DNA of 64,000 nucleotides, from contig NC_083408.1 of the NCBI RefSeq assembly GCF_020745735.1, forward strand, positions 46,406,484 through 46,470,483, in the 5' to 3' direction. Under the pieces are notes generated by a model that worked only from the letters and a program-made list of their open reading frames with translations, was not told the DNA's origin and did no database searches. The DNA is from Hemiscyllium ocellatum (lineage: Eukaryota). Both the position numbers and the translations under genes were made by a program. The stretch's first letter is position 1. Each line of letters opens with the position of its first letter. Shown piece by piece: positions 13,054 to 24,355 of the stretch.

Positions 13054-13614
13054 AAAAATGCTATGTCTTTACATAGTACTCACTGATGACTTATGCATCA
13101 ATTTCTTTTTAGTGAGTTTATTCAATGAAATGTGGTTTGGATTTCTGTTTTGTTACAGTTTTCTTTCTGCTTTTGCTTTCCTGTTGAAAAGAAATGTCCA
13201 ATTATAGGTAAATATTTAGCCGTATTGTTGCAAAAACATGAAGTGATTAACACAGGGTTGATAATAGTACAAACTTTTTTGGATTTTATGGAGATATGGC
13301 TAACATTCAAGGACCAGGTTAAATCTATTAAAGATGATAAGACAGGTCATAATATTAAAAGAGCGGAAAATAGCTTCTGACAGTACCAAACATCCCAAGT
13401 TACGTCAACTGAACCTGAACTCCTCCAACTGTGGAAGCATTTTCTAAGTCTATGTTTAGAACACTGTTTATTCTTAAATTTTCAGTGGGTCCACCCTTCA
13501 TTTCACATTCATGTAGAGAAATGTCTGACATGCCTGCCTAGATGTATATGAGAGTTGAAGGAATAGAAAATGTAGGGCTTATTCAGAACAGATATCTGGA
13601 TGTTGTTCTGTAGG

Positions 13615-13990
13615 AGAATAACTTGCATTTATATAGTGCCTTTCTTATGCACTCTTCCTGTGAAGCATATTGACATATTTAATGAAATGCTTTTGAAGAT
13701 TGTTGTAATGTAGGGAATGGGTAGCCAATTTGCACACAGCAAGATCCTACAACAGTAATGTGATAACCAGATAATTTGTTGGTTGAAGAATAAGACAGAG
13801 AGCTTCCTTGCTGCTCTTTGAAATGGTACCATAGAATCTTTTATGTCTCCTAGAGGTTGTAAGCTGAACTTCCATTTAATTATTCATTCAGATGATAGCT
13901 CTGTCAGTGTAGTACTCTCTTGTTTTGCACAAAGTGTCAACCTAGGTTATAGATTCTGGAGTGTAATTTGGAACCTCACCCTTCTGATTC
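13615..13990 (-). mobile_element. Deu-domain (SacSINE1-like) SINE, old copy
   Basis: acttgcatttatatagtgcc...agccaatttgcacacagcaagatcc...ccagataat...gaaatggtaccatag. The same family recurs at about 20218, 20780, 40296 and 49980. Confidence 0.6.
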
Positions 13991-14749
13991 TGTAATCAAT
14001 AAAGACTCCTGGATATAGTTCTATTGGTGAACATCCTACAATAATTTAAAAACTGAGTTCTAAATCTTAGATTTATTCATCAAGAATAATTCAAAGGTGG
14101 GCCAAATGCCATTGCATGGGATCAGGCAACTTGGTGTGTCTGCATGAATTTTTACCCATTAAAAGTAAGAAAACATGGTTATGAAAGGAAATAGGAATTT
14201 AAGAAATATTTCAAAGGCAAAAAAATCACTGGATCAAAAGAAATGTATGTGCAATTTGAATTTTTGTTCGTTTGTAACATTGGTAGGTACTGAACTGACC
14301 CTGAAGGAATTTGATATGTTCCTGGAGGAGAAAGCTGAGTCTTGTTACAAGGAGTTACAAGTTAGTTACTTTTTCCTTATTGATAGCTTTTATATATGTC
14401 TTGTACTTCTTTGAGGATTTTGCAGTGGACTCATCCTTAACTACTGTTATCAATAGATGGAGCAGATTGATGTCCGTGTCAAGTAGCTTTATCCCTCCCT
14501 CTGGTTTTATCCACACGAGTTATAACTTTGGTCTGGCAGCTACACTATTCAGGACTGAGGTCAACAGTGATGCTATCAAGCCACCCTTGATTTGGCAAAC
14601 CCAGAGTACATTTTGTACCCTTCCTATTTTCAGTGCTTCCAAATACTGTAAGATTTGCTCTCTGTGGTCACTTGTCAATTCTAAAAGAATTGCACAGTGG
14701 AACAAAAAGCTAATCACTCTCAACAAGTAAGGTAAAAACAACATTGTTT

Positions 14750-15450
14750 ACAACAATGAACAAAGAAAATTCCAGCACAGGAACAGGCCCTTCAGCCCTC
14801 CAAGCCTGCACGGATCCCAAATCTCTAACTAAACCTGTCGCCTATTTTCTAAAGATCTGTATTCCTTTGCTCCCTGCCCATTCATGTATCTGTCTAGATA
14901 TATCTGAAATGACGCTATCGTTCCCGTCTCTACCACCTCCACTGGCAACGTGTTCCAGATCCCCACTACCCTCTGTGTAAAGAACTTTCCATGCATATCC
15001 CCCCTAAACCTTTCTCCCCTCACTTTGAATTCATGACCCCGAGTAATTAAGTTCCACATTCTGGGAAAAAGCTTCTTGCTATCCACCCTGTCTCTACCCC
15101 TCATGATTTTGTTGACCTCAATCAGGTTCCCCCCTCAACCTCTGTCTTTCTAATGAAAATAATCCTAATCTATTCAACCTATCTTTATAGCTAGCACCCT
15201 CCCATACCAGGCAACATCCTGGTGAACCTCCTCTGCATCCTCCAAAGAATGTGGCGACCAGAACTGTACACGATATTCCAAATGCAGCCAAACTAAAGTC
15301 CTATACAACTGCTAATTCCTGTACTTAATATCCTATCCAATGAAGGGAAGCATGCCATATGCCTTCTTGACCACTTTACTGACCTGCATTGCCACCTTCA
15401 GGAAACAATGGACCTGAACACCAAGATATCTCTGTTCATCAATTTTCCCC
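14750..15450 (-). mobile_element. CR1 LINE 3' fragment
   Basis: ORF 14829-15104: TRGHEFKVRGERFRGDMHGKFFTQRVVGIWNTLP. Confidence 0.9.
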
Positions 15451-16907
15451 AAAGGTGTTGTCGAGATGGCTGGCATAGATCAACTGAAACGTGGGCTAAA
15501 GGTTATTCTGATACAGTGAGGGGTAACTGGGAAGCGATGCATGAAGAGCATTAACTTTGGAGTGGATCAGATGGACTAAAAATGGTCTGTTGATGTGGTG
15601 TACATTCTGTACTATTTGTAACATTTTCTCCTTCATATTCCAAGCTAACTGATAAAATTCAAATTTACTGCAGCATCAGATTTTACTATTTTGTTGGGAT
15701 ATATTTTTGGTGCAATACCACTTAAGTTATTCACTCAGCTAACGTTTGGTGCAGGTGCACTACTTTTTTTCCTTCTGAAAAGCAGGCTGCAATCAAGTAA
15801 CTTAGTTTGAAATGAGATTTTAGCTGGAGGCATATTTGCCAAACTGGAATTTGATAGTCAGTGGTTACTCTTATGACTTATTCATTAAAGACTGAAACAA
15901 ATTCTACATAGTTGCATAAGTTATATTCGCAGTCCAGTATTTGAAATAAAGAAAAGATTATTTTTCTTCAAATATACTTGAATTCCTGTATAATGTGATG
16001 AAATCACGTTTATGGATTCACATACTATTGAATATTTTAAAGATTTTTTGAAGTGACAAAGTTGAAGTGATTTTATTTTCGCCAACTCTGGTAGAAACTA
16101 AGAATAAATAGCCCCAGAAGAGATCAGATAACAAACTAGTAGTAGTAATTGACTTTAGGAGAGTGATCAGTCAACATTAGAGTTAGTGAAAATATTAACT
16201 GACCTCCCTCATACAGTGAAAGAGCACTGCTCGTGAAAGTGTCTTTGTTCTTCATGTAGCATGCTTTGTAATAAATGGGAAGCTGAAAGAGAATTTGGCT
16301 ATAACTTGATTGTTTAATCATTGGTAAAATACATCCATTTTTGATTGTTCCATTAAGTTCTGGTAATATTTATTCTGGAAATGGAATGCTTTGATATATT
16401 AACCATGACATATTGAGGCCAAAAATGATTTCATAGTTTTGAAAGTTACCAATTCTCATGCTAAAAACTGAACTAACAACAAGCTATAAATGTGCTAATA
16501 TATGTAGAAAAGTTACTTTTGATATTCATAGAGCTATGCGGTGCACCATTGTGAAATGTGGTAATTAGCTGAAAATCCGAATTTGGAGAGTGAATAGAAA
16601 AGCATTGTAGAGGGAAGTCTACATAAATATTGTTCGTATTTATTTTTAGGTGTTTTCAGGCAGGTTTAAACTAAACCCACTAATCTACAGAAGTAAATAC
16701 AAATGTTACTGCAGCATCCTAAGAAAGTTCTATGGAGTGCAGTTAGTTATTGCTAAACATTCTCATGCAATTTTAAATAAAAATTCTATATTGAGATTAG
16801 TTGTTCTGAATGTTTGACAAAATGAGATACTTCATCAATGATAAAACATAGTACACAATATCTGTTGTTCTACCAAATTTGATGTACAAATCCCAGACTC
16901 GTCCAAA

Positions 16908-17430
16908 GAATAGTCATAGAGTTATGCAACATGGAAACATCCTTTGATCCAATTCATCCATGCCGACCAAGTTTCTCAAACTAAACTAGTCCCACTTGCC
17001 TGCGTTTGGTCCATATCCTTCTAAAACTTTTCTATTCATGTACCTGTCCAAATGTCTTTTTAAATGTTGTAACTGTACCTGCATCTACCACTTCGTCTGG
17101 CAGTTCATTCCACATACACATTTCACCCTCTGTGAGAAAAAATTGCCCCTCTGGTCCCTTTCAAATCTTTCACTATATTTTTAAAAATATGCCCTCTAGT
17201 TTTGAACTCCTCCAGCCCCACCCCAACCCAGACTTTTGCTGTTCGCCTTAGCTATGCTCCTCATGATTTTATAAACCTCTATAACATCACCCCTCAACCT
17301 TCTACACTCCTCCAGGGAAAAAGTCCCAGCCTATCCTTACAGCTCAAATCTTCTTGTCCTGGTAGCATCTTGATAAATCTTTTCTGAACCCTTTCCAATT
17401 TAATAATATCATTCCAATAACAGGCGACTT
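16908..17430 (-). mobile_element. CR1 LINE 3' fragment
   Basis: atagtcatagagt tail, tccatgccgacc and ctcatgattttataaacctctata; similar to copies at 59849 and 62660. Confidence 0.85.
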
Positions 17431-18258
17431 AGAGATATTAGCCAAAACTGAAATCATATAAGTTGCATTATATGCTCTTATTTTACAAGTGATAAAAGCA
17501 GGATGTATTCATGATTATACCCCAAAAGTTTGTATAAACTGTTTATGTCCCCTTTATTAACGCAAAGCAAATTCTAGTATTCTGTGTGGTAAGGCATCTT
17601 CATATGTGATAATGTAATTTGAATTACCAATTTAGAAAAAGCTGTTCCAAAAAAAAATGATATACGTGGCAATGGTTAATATGCTGCATTCATTGCAAAT
17701 ACATTTACTAACATTGTTTACAATGACAACATCAATGTTATAAATATTTAGAAGACCACAATGTTCTATTCAGTGCCTATAAATAGACTCTAACACCTCT
17801 CTTTCATGTATTGGGCAGTTAGTAAAGCTCCTCCTGAACATAGTCATTGTTCTTTAACTTAACAGCTTTTTTCCAAAAGGATCACCAGAATTTTTGTGTA
17901 AAAAAAAAATGAATGTGTGCAGAGTAGTTATTTCTAAGGTGCTGTGAATTGATGCTAGAGAACATGAACTAGCTTTGCCTTTAATTCACTCGTATGTAAT
18001 ATATGTATTGATCAACTTATTTGCCTTAGATCAGGTCATGTGCCAGTGAGTTCCTTGTTGAATTTGAATTATTTGAACCATTCAAAACAAAACTTGAGTT
18101 ATACTGTAAATAACTTGCATCTGTCAGGTCCTTTGAAAATAGTAAGAATTGTGGTATCTAGCAACCTCTTGTGATTCCGATCTATTACTTTTTGAAAATT
18201 CAGATGAACAGCATCAAGAATCTTTTTCTGTCGGGCAATCTAAAGTGAGAAGTTACAG

Positions 18259-18376
18259 CACTGAAACAGCACAGAAGCGCTTCACAGGAGGCTCCCAAGC
18301 ACTGAAGATGTCCCCTAGAAAGGGGACGAAACGTTTGCAACAAAAACTCCCTGCTTGGCGAACAGAACCACAACAA
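18259..18376 (+). mobile_element. 118-bp Penelope terminal-repeat insertion with a minimal hammerhead motif and 13-bp TSD
   Basis: TSD tgagaagttacag at 18246-18258 and 18377-18389. The sequence matches the terminal repeat of the 21020-21719 element. Confidence 0.8.
18299..18338 (+). ncRNA. Minimal type I hammerhead ribozyme motif (Penelope-associated)
   Basis: GCA-CTGAAGA-T-GTCCCCT-AGAA-AGGGGAC-GAA-ACGT-T-TGC: CUGANGA and GAAA cores, a perfect 7-bp stem II, palindromic stem III, GUU cleavage triplet and 3-bp stem I. Confidence 0.65.
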
Positions 18377-18389
18377 TGAGAAGTTACAG

Positions 18390-18660
18390 ATTTAGGTAAA
18401 GGATGGCAGATTTAAAACTAAGATAATGGTGAATTACTTCTCCCAAAGGTTCGTGAATCTGTAATTCACTATCCAGTGGACTCCACGACACTGAATAAAT
18501 TTGGGAATATAGATAGCTGTTTAATTAATAATTGGGTAAAAAGTATGGAAAGCAGATAGGAAAGTGAAGTTGAGGCTGTGATAAGGTCAGCCATGATCGT
18601 GTTTTATGATGGAGAACGCTAGAGGGGCTGAATTGCTTATTCCTGCTCCTAGTTCTTATG
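18390..18660 (+). mobile_element. Old CR1 3' fragment (host of the 18259 insertion)
   Basis: ttctcccaaaggttcgtgaatctg...gtcagccatgatc...ggggctgaattgcttattcctgctcctagttcttatg tail. Confidence 0.65.
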
Positions 18661-19729
18661 AAGTTTACTTCCTTCATCAGCATTCTACCTTCAAATAGTG
18701 AAGTTGCTGGGACGTGACCTCTTTAATGTGAGCTTCATTGTGGGTTTCTAATAAAAAAGCTATCTATATATTTGTACAAATCTAATTTCCCAAGTGATTA
18801 GCCTTTGTTTTTATTGCTATTCCACAGGAAATCTGTAATTCTCGTAATGTCTTTTATGAACGATCTACAATAATCCAACTATGAGATCCTATTTAGAAAA
18901 ATTGCTTTATTTTGGTAAAACTATCAATACCAATGAAGATATTAGTTAAATGAGAAATTTTAAAACCCCTCAATCATTAAACAGGTAGTAGAATTGACTA
19001 GGAAGCTAAGTGACTACAAAAAGTAAGGTTACACTAATATTTCACTGGTGTCTAGGAGGTGTTTTGTTAACAAGGTTAGTAATTGTTCCTTATCCCTAAT
19101 TGTCCTGGAGATGTCATAATGATTTGCACCTTTCAGACCCTAAATGGGTGTAGCTGTCATCTTGAACCTTCACCGTCCATGTGGTATTGGTAAAGTTCTC
19201 ATCAAACCAGTCACCTCTAATCCGAGGGTCACTACACCTCTTTTGAAGTATGCCCTCAATGTTGACGAAGTATTGTATGATTTTTGACCTAATGACATTT
19301 GGGTGGTGAGCTTTAAGGCACTCGACAGCCCCCCAGATCGTGCGGTTTCCAATTCCTCAACTCCCTGTACAAATCAGGTAATTTGGGGGTGAGTGAGTGT
19401 GATCTCATTCAGACTTTTGGAAGCTTAACTATGGTCTTGACGTGTAAGTTTTATTGTTGTGTCTGCTCAAGTATAAAAGTAATGGAGTGCAGTGAAAAAT
19501 GTACAAGGTCACCATCTAAGGTACTAAAGTAGATTAGGTACAAAAATAGAAAAATGAAGAAAGCTAAAACTTTGCATTACAGTTCTTCTGTAATTAGGAA
19601 AATATAGAAATATAGCGGCGCTATTTTGCTTTATATGGTGTGTATTTCCTGTATGTATCTATCTAAATAAATGCATCCTGTCTGTTGAGGTGCATGGTTG
19701 CATGTATTTGAAGGATGTCACAATGATTT

Positions 19730-20360
19730 GCATGTCTCGGATCCTCACTGGGTGTAGCTGCAGCTTGGCGATGATTGACAGCTCAGGGTGATTTGGAACC
19801 TGGTGCAGGCGGGACCCAGAGGTCACGGTTGAAAGGTGAGGGTTGACACCCTTCAGGCTGAGGAGGATGGCGGTGGAGGTACTCGTCGTCTCCCGGCTCC
19901 TGTGTTTCCTGTTGGCTCTCCGGCTGGGCGCCGGCTCCGAGGCCGAGGGTGTCGGGGAGAAGTTTAAAATCGAGGGCCGGGCGGTGGTGCCCGGCGTCAG
20001 GCCGCAGGATTGGATCCACACAGCGCGGGTGTTGGTGGAGGGAGAGGAACATGTCGGCTTCTTCAAGTAAGGAGAGGCTGGGGACTGGGCCTAGAGCTGG
20101 GGCCTCACTTCCCCCTGTCACGGTCTTGTCGATCCGAGCAGCTGGAGGGGAGGGAGCACGGTCCGGACTGGGATATCCGTCCAACTCCTTTCACCACCTC
20201 AGAAAGGGCCGTCAGTTAGAACTTGCATTTGCATAGCGCCTTCCGCGACCACCTGGCGTTTTAAAGTGCTCGGCAGTCTGTAAAATGCTGTCTTTGAAGT
20301 GTGATATTAGGCAGGAATTGCAGCAGGCAGTTTGAACTCCCGGTGTTCGCGGGACTGATG
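19730..20360. promoter_or_regulatory. CpG island / EMC7 promoter and exon 1
   Basis: The one clearly CpG-dense, GC-rich stretch in an otherwise AT-rich, CpG-depleted window; it spans the EMC7 start codon. Confidence 0.8.
19867..20066 (+). CDS. EMC7: ER membrane protein complex subunit 7, exon 1
   Basis: aggATGG start. Translates [66 protein letters not shown](K): a signal peptide plus the EMC7 motif [12 protein letters not shown]. Donor AA|gtaagg. Confidence 0.95.
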
Positions 20361-20740
20361 TTAGCAACAACTTTTGCCCAGATCTCAAAATGTCCCAAAG
20401 AGCTTTACAACCAATGATTTGGTTTAGAAATTTAATTACTGCTGTGATTAAGAAAATATTGGTGCACAGCAACTTCCCATAAACAAATGTGACGAATGAT
20501 TCGGATAATCTGGGTGAATATTAGCCAAAACACTGGAGATAACTCTCGTGTGGTCTTCAAAACTGTGGCCATGAGAGATTTTTGTGCTCATCTCGGGGGG
20601 ATGAATTAGGCCTCAGTCCGATGTCTCATCTGAAAGATGGTGCCCCCAACAATCCACCTCTCTGTGATGAACTGAAATGTCCAGTTTTGGTTTATGGTTC
20701 TGGGTTGGAATGTGAATCTGTAGTCGTCTTACTCAGATGA
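20218..20740 (-). mobile_element. Deu-domain SINE in EMC7 intron 1
   Basis: gaacttgcatttgcatagcgcc...tcccaaagagctttacaaccaatg...cacagcaacttccc...tgtctcatctgaaagatgg. Confidence 0.55.
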
Positions 20741-20779
20741 AATACATTTTAAAGTATCCCCGCAGTTCAAGAAGTGTGA

Positions 20780-21780
20780 CAACAAGGGAGTTTTGTTTCT
20801 CTAGTGGCTCAATGGGGAATAGACTTACTAAAAGATCCCCTGGCACTATTTCATAATAGCAGGTGAGTCATCTCTGTTGTTCCAGTTGTTATGCATCCTG
20901 CTATATCACTAAAATTAATGATCTTGCTGTTATCATGTTGCTGTTTGTGGGGGCTTGCTTGGTGTAAATTGGAAGCAGTGTTGCAACAGTGATTAAACTT
21001 TAAAAATAATTCACTGCCTGTTGTGGTTCTGTTCACCGAGCTGGGAATTTATGTTGCAGACGTTTCGTCCCCTGTCTAGGTGATATCCTCAGTGCTTGGG
21101 AGCCTCCTGTGAAGCGCTTCTGTGATCTTTCCTCTTGCATTTATAGTGGTTTGAATCTGCCGCTTCCGATTGTCAGTTCCACCTGTCCGCTGCAGTGGTC
21201 GGTATATTGGGTCCAGGTGGATGTGCTTATTGATTGAATCTGTGGATGAGTGCCATGCCTCTAGGAATTCCCTAGAATGTTGCTTGTCATCTGCGTGTGT
21301 GGCTACTAAGGATAGCTGGTCAGATAGCATGACAAGCTATCCTTAGTAGCCACACACGCAGATGACAAGCAACAAGAATTCGACTGGGACAACACTACTA
21401 TTATAGGACAAGCCAAATAGAGAACAGCCAGGGAATTCCTAGAGGCATGGCACTCATCCACAGATTCAATCAATAAGCACATCGACCTGGACCCAATATA
21501 CCAACCACTGCAACGGACAGCTGGAACTGACAACCGGAAGCGGCAGATTCAAACCACTACAAATGCCGGAGGAAAGATCACAGAAGCGCCTCACAGGAGG
21601 CTTCGAATCACTGAGGATGTCACCTAAACAGGGGACGAAACATCTGCAACACAAATTCCCAGCTCAGCGAACAGAACCACAACGACGAGCACCCGAGATA
21701 CAAATCTTCTCTCAGACTTTAATTCACTGCCTATCAGCACTTTAAGATGTCTGGTGGTCTCTGCTTAAACACAAGTTTTC
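20780..21780 (+). mobile_element. Deu-domain SINE interrupted by the 21020-21719 element
   Basis: aaaagatcccctggcactattt...gctgtttgtggggcttgct...caacagtga; the tail resumes after 21720. Confidence 0.55.
21020..21719. mobile_element. Fold-back (inverted) Penelope-like insertion with a GIY-YIG remnant and two hammerhead motifs; 13-bp TSD
   Basis: Arms 21020-21322 and 21330-21683 are reverse complements. The right arm encodes HDKLSLVATHADDKQQEFDWDNTTIIGQAK*RTAREFLEAWHSSTDSINKH. TSD taattcactgcct at 21007-21019 and 21720-21732. Confidence 0.88.
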
Positions 21781-22356
21781 CAATTTTGTGTTGTTGCAGA
21801 ATGGGCAACACTGTGGTCAAGTGCTGAAAAAAATCTTTTACAGTTCAATAAAACATTGGGCTACTTATAAATCTGTTTACTCCGGTTATTCTCCTGAGGG
21901 TATTCATCCTTGCTGCTAGATATTTCCATTGTTTTGTCAGCTATCTCAGCTGATTTGTGTTGGCAGATTCACAGCATTGCTTGTGTCAGTTATGCCAATT
22001 TCTCACCTGATACCCAAGTAACTCAGTTTACAGAGGAGGGTATCATATTGAAATCTAGATGTGTTGAAACCAGTTATTGGCTTCCTGTTGTCATTCTGCT
22101 TGAAAGTGACAAGTCTTTCCAGACTAAAGATTAACACTGGGACTTCCTTTATAATTCACTACTGCACCAAGTACTGTCAAGTAACTATTTATTTTGACAG
22201 GGTATCTTTGCTGATAATTTGGCTGCTATTTTAAATGGTAAAACCTAAAATTCAAATATGTTTTTGATGCATAAATTATCTTAAAATTATAATACAATTA
22301 TGCTATTTGGCCCATTGTCTTTGTTTATAACTGGACCAGTTTTGAATTTATCTATT

Positions 22357-22622
22357 AGATTAGATTAGATTAGATTAGTTTAGATTAGATTAGATTACTT
22401 ACAGTGTGGAAACAGGCCCTTCGGCCCAACAAGTCCACACCGACCTGCTGAAGCGCAACCCACCCATACCCCTACATTTACCCCTTGCCTAACACTACGG
22501 GCAATTTAGCATGGCCAACTCACCTGACCCGCACATCTTTGGACTGTGGGAGGAAACCGGAGCACCCGGAGGAAACCCACGCAGACACGGGGAGAATGTG
22601 CAAACTCCACACAGTCAGTCAC
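22357..22622 (-). mobile_element. HE1-related SINE with (TTAGA)n tail, 5'-truncated
   Basis: Near-identical to copies at 42460 and 58627; (ttaga)n microsatellite at 22356-22395. Confidence 0.88.
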
Positions 22623-23482
22623 CTCTCTGTATCTTTAATTTTTCAAATACTGTAAGTACCTTTTTATGTATTTCATTTCTTAGCTGGCACAAATAGCTAA
22701 ACAGTTCTGCTTTATTATTGAAAAATAATTCTCAAAAAGCAACAGCATACAAGGAAGGTTAGTTTAAGCTGTAAGCGAAGAGGTTATCGGTTCATCTGCA
22801 TGGTTGGGTTATTCATGAAGTATTAACAAGCAATGGGTTAAATTTATGTCTACATTGTATCAACGAATCTTTTGCAAAATGGAAAAGTGGTTTAAAATAA
22901 CTGATGTAGACTAAAATAATCATGTTGTGAAAAATCTACAAAATCAATTTGGAAGAAAATCATTATTCTTATTTTGGGCAGGTATCATGAACTATAGCCT
23001 TTCATTCCATGACAGTATCCACCAGATTTTTAATTGATTTCCAGAATTTTTGCCTCCATTGCTTTTCCTAAAGGTCAATTTGATGTGTTTGTGCTTTACA
23101 AGAAGATTTTGCTTTTTTCTCATTTTGAGCATAATGTTCCTTCCATCGCTGCTGTTTAACTGGAAGAAAGGTATTTCTAGTTGCCATTTATTGTCACCTA
23201 AGCCTAAGTCTCAGTTGCCTCTTGTTGAAGTGAAAAGGCCTGAATTTCTCCAATCTTTTAGCGATGCTATTAATCTCATCTCCTTATTCTATATCACCAT
23301 TGATTTTTGTTCCATAATGACTCGGCATGTTAAGAAGTGAATTCACTTCCTTACTTGATCTCTTTCTACTTTATATTCAGTTATTCTGCTCCATGTTATT
23401 ACTGATACAGTTACTTTTGGAATATGCAAGTGGTGTTTAACACGGTGATGTTCTGAAGGACCCTATACATTTCACTTTACAG

Positions 23483-23602
23483 GACAGATGGGACGTTCAC
23501 TGTAAACGATGTTCCTTCTGGTTCATATGTGGTGGAAATAGTATCACCAGCCTATCGCTTTGAACCTGTGCGAGTGGATATAACATCCAAAGGTAAAATC
23601 AG
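23483..23602 (+). CDS. EMC7: EMC7 exon 2 (120 bp)
   Basis: ttacag|G ACA...ATC AG|gtaaga. Translates [39 protein letters not shown](R). Confidence 0.96.
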
Positions 23603-24081
23603 GTAAGACTGAACTCATCATTGACTAGCATTTTTAATTTCAGTTAATTTGAAATTGCTTTTAGCGAGGCTTGCATTTCTTGATATCCAGTTGTATTAGG
23701 TCACACTGCAGTAACTTTTCTTTATTTATATTTTTAAAATATATGTGAATCCATTACTGAGACAGTCACTAAGATCTAACAAAAGGCTGGGCCATTTTAA
23801 AGGGTTCTGATTCTCTTCTTGCTCATGAACTGTCCTCACCCTTTGCCAGAAGTATCTCAGCTCAGTGTTCTGTCATGTCTGCCTCATCATTTCACTCGTC
23901 TCCTTTCAAGAAACTCCCACGGTTGAGAACCTCCTGTTGTTTGGCAGGATCCTGCTTTCTGCCTAGCCTGGAGTGAGCTGTTACTCAGCTGCTTTGTGCT
24001 GATTGTGCCCTCAGTCAGATTGCCTGTCCGTGATTGGCCTCTGCTTCTCTCAGTCACAATGGGACAGTCAATCCAATTGGT

Positions 24082-24355
24082 TAAAAATCACACAACACCA
24101 GGTTGTAGTCCAACAGATATATTTGGAAGCACTAGCTTTCCGAGCGTTGCTCCTTCATCAAGTAGCTGTACGGCAGGATCATAAGGCAGAATTTATAGCA
24201 AAAGATTAGTGTCATGCAACTGAAACAATATATTCAGCAAACATAGGCTGCTGTTAAGTCTTTCAACTTTTAGAATGGGTTGCAGGTTTCGGTTCATTTA
24301 ATATATAAATTCCAGAACTGCTTTTAAATCACATTCTCAAGATAACTTAAGGTGG
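24082..24355 (-). mobile_element. Penelope terminal-repeat fragment (same family as 34524-35215) with a degenerate hammerhead
   Basis: aaaatcacacaacaccaggttgtagtccaacag...cactagctttccgagcgttgctccttcatca matches 34530-34605. Confidence 0.75.

Noticed and set aside
13100-19700. PGBD4-like piggyBac gene, which lies between KATNBL1 and EMC7 in human
   Set aside because: No long ORF or transposase motifs in this interval.
19659-20236. Overlapping antisense and alternative-frame ORFs over EMC7 exon 1
   Set aside because: Expected by chance in a GC-rich CpG island; no recognisable protein motifs.
22356-22395. Short tandem repeats resembling an array (CRISPR- or telomere-like)
   Set aside because: (TTAGA)n is the SINE 3' tail. 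There are no spacers, it is not TTAGGG, and the DNA is eukaryotic.
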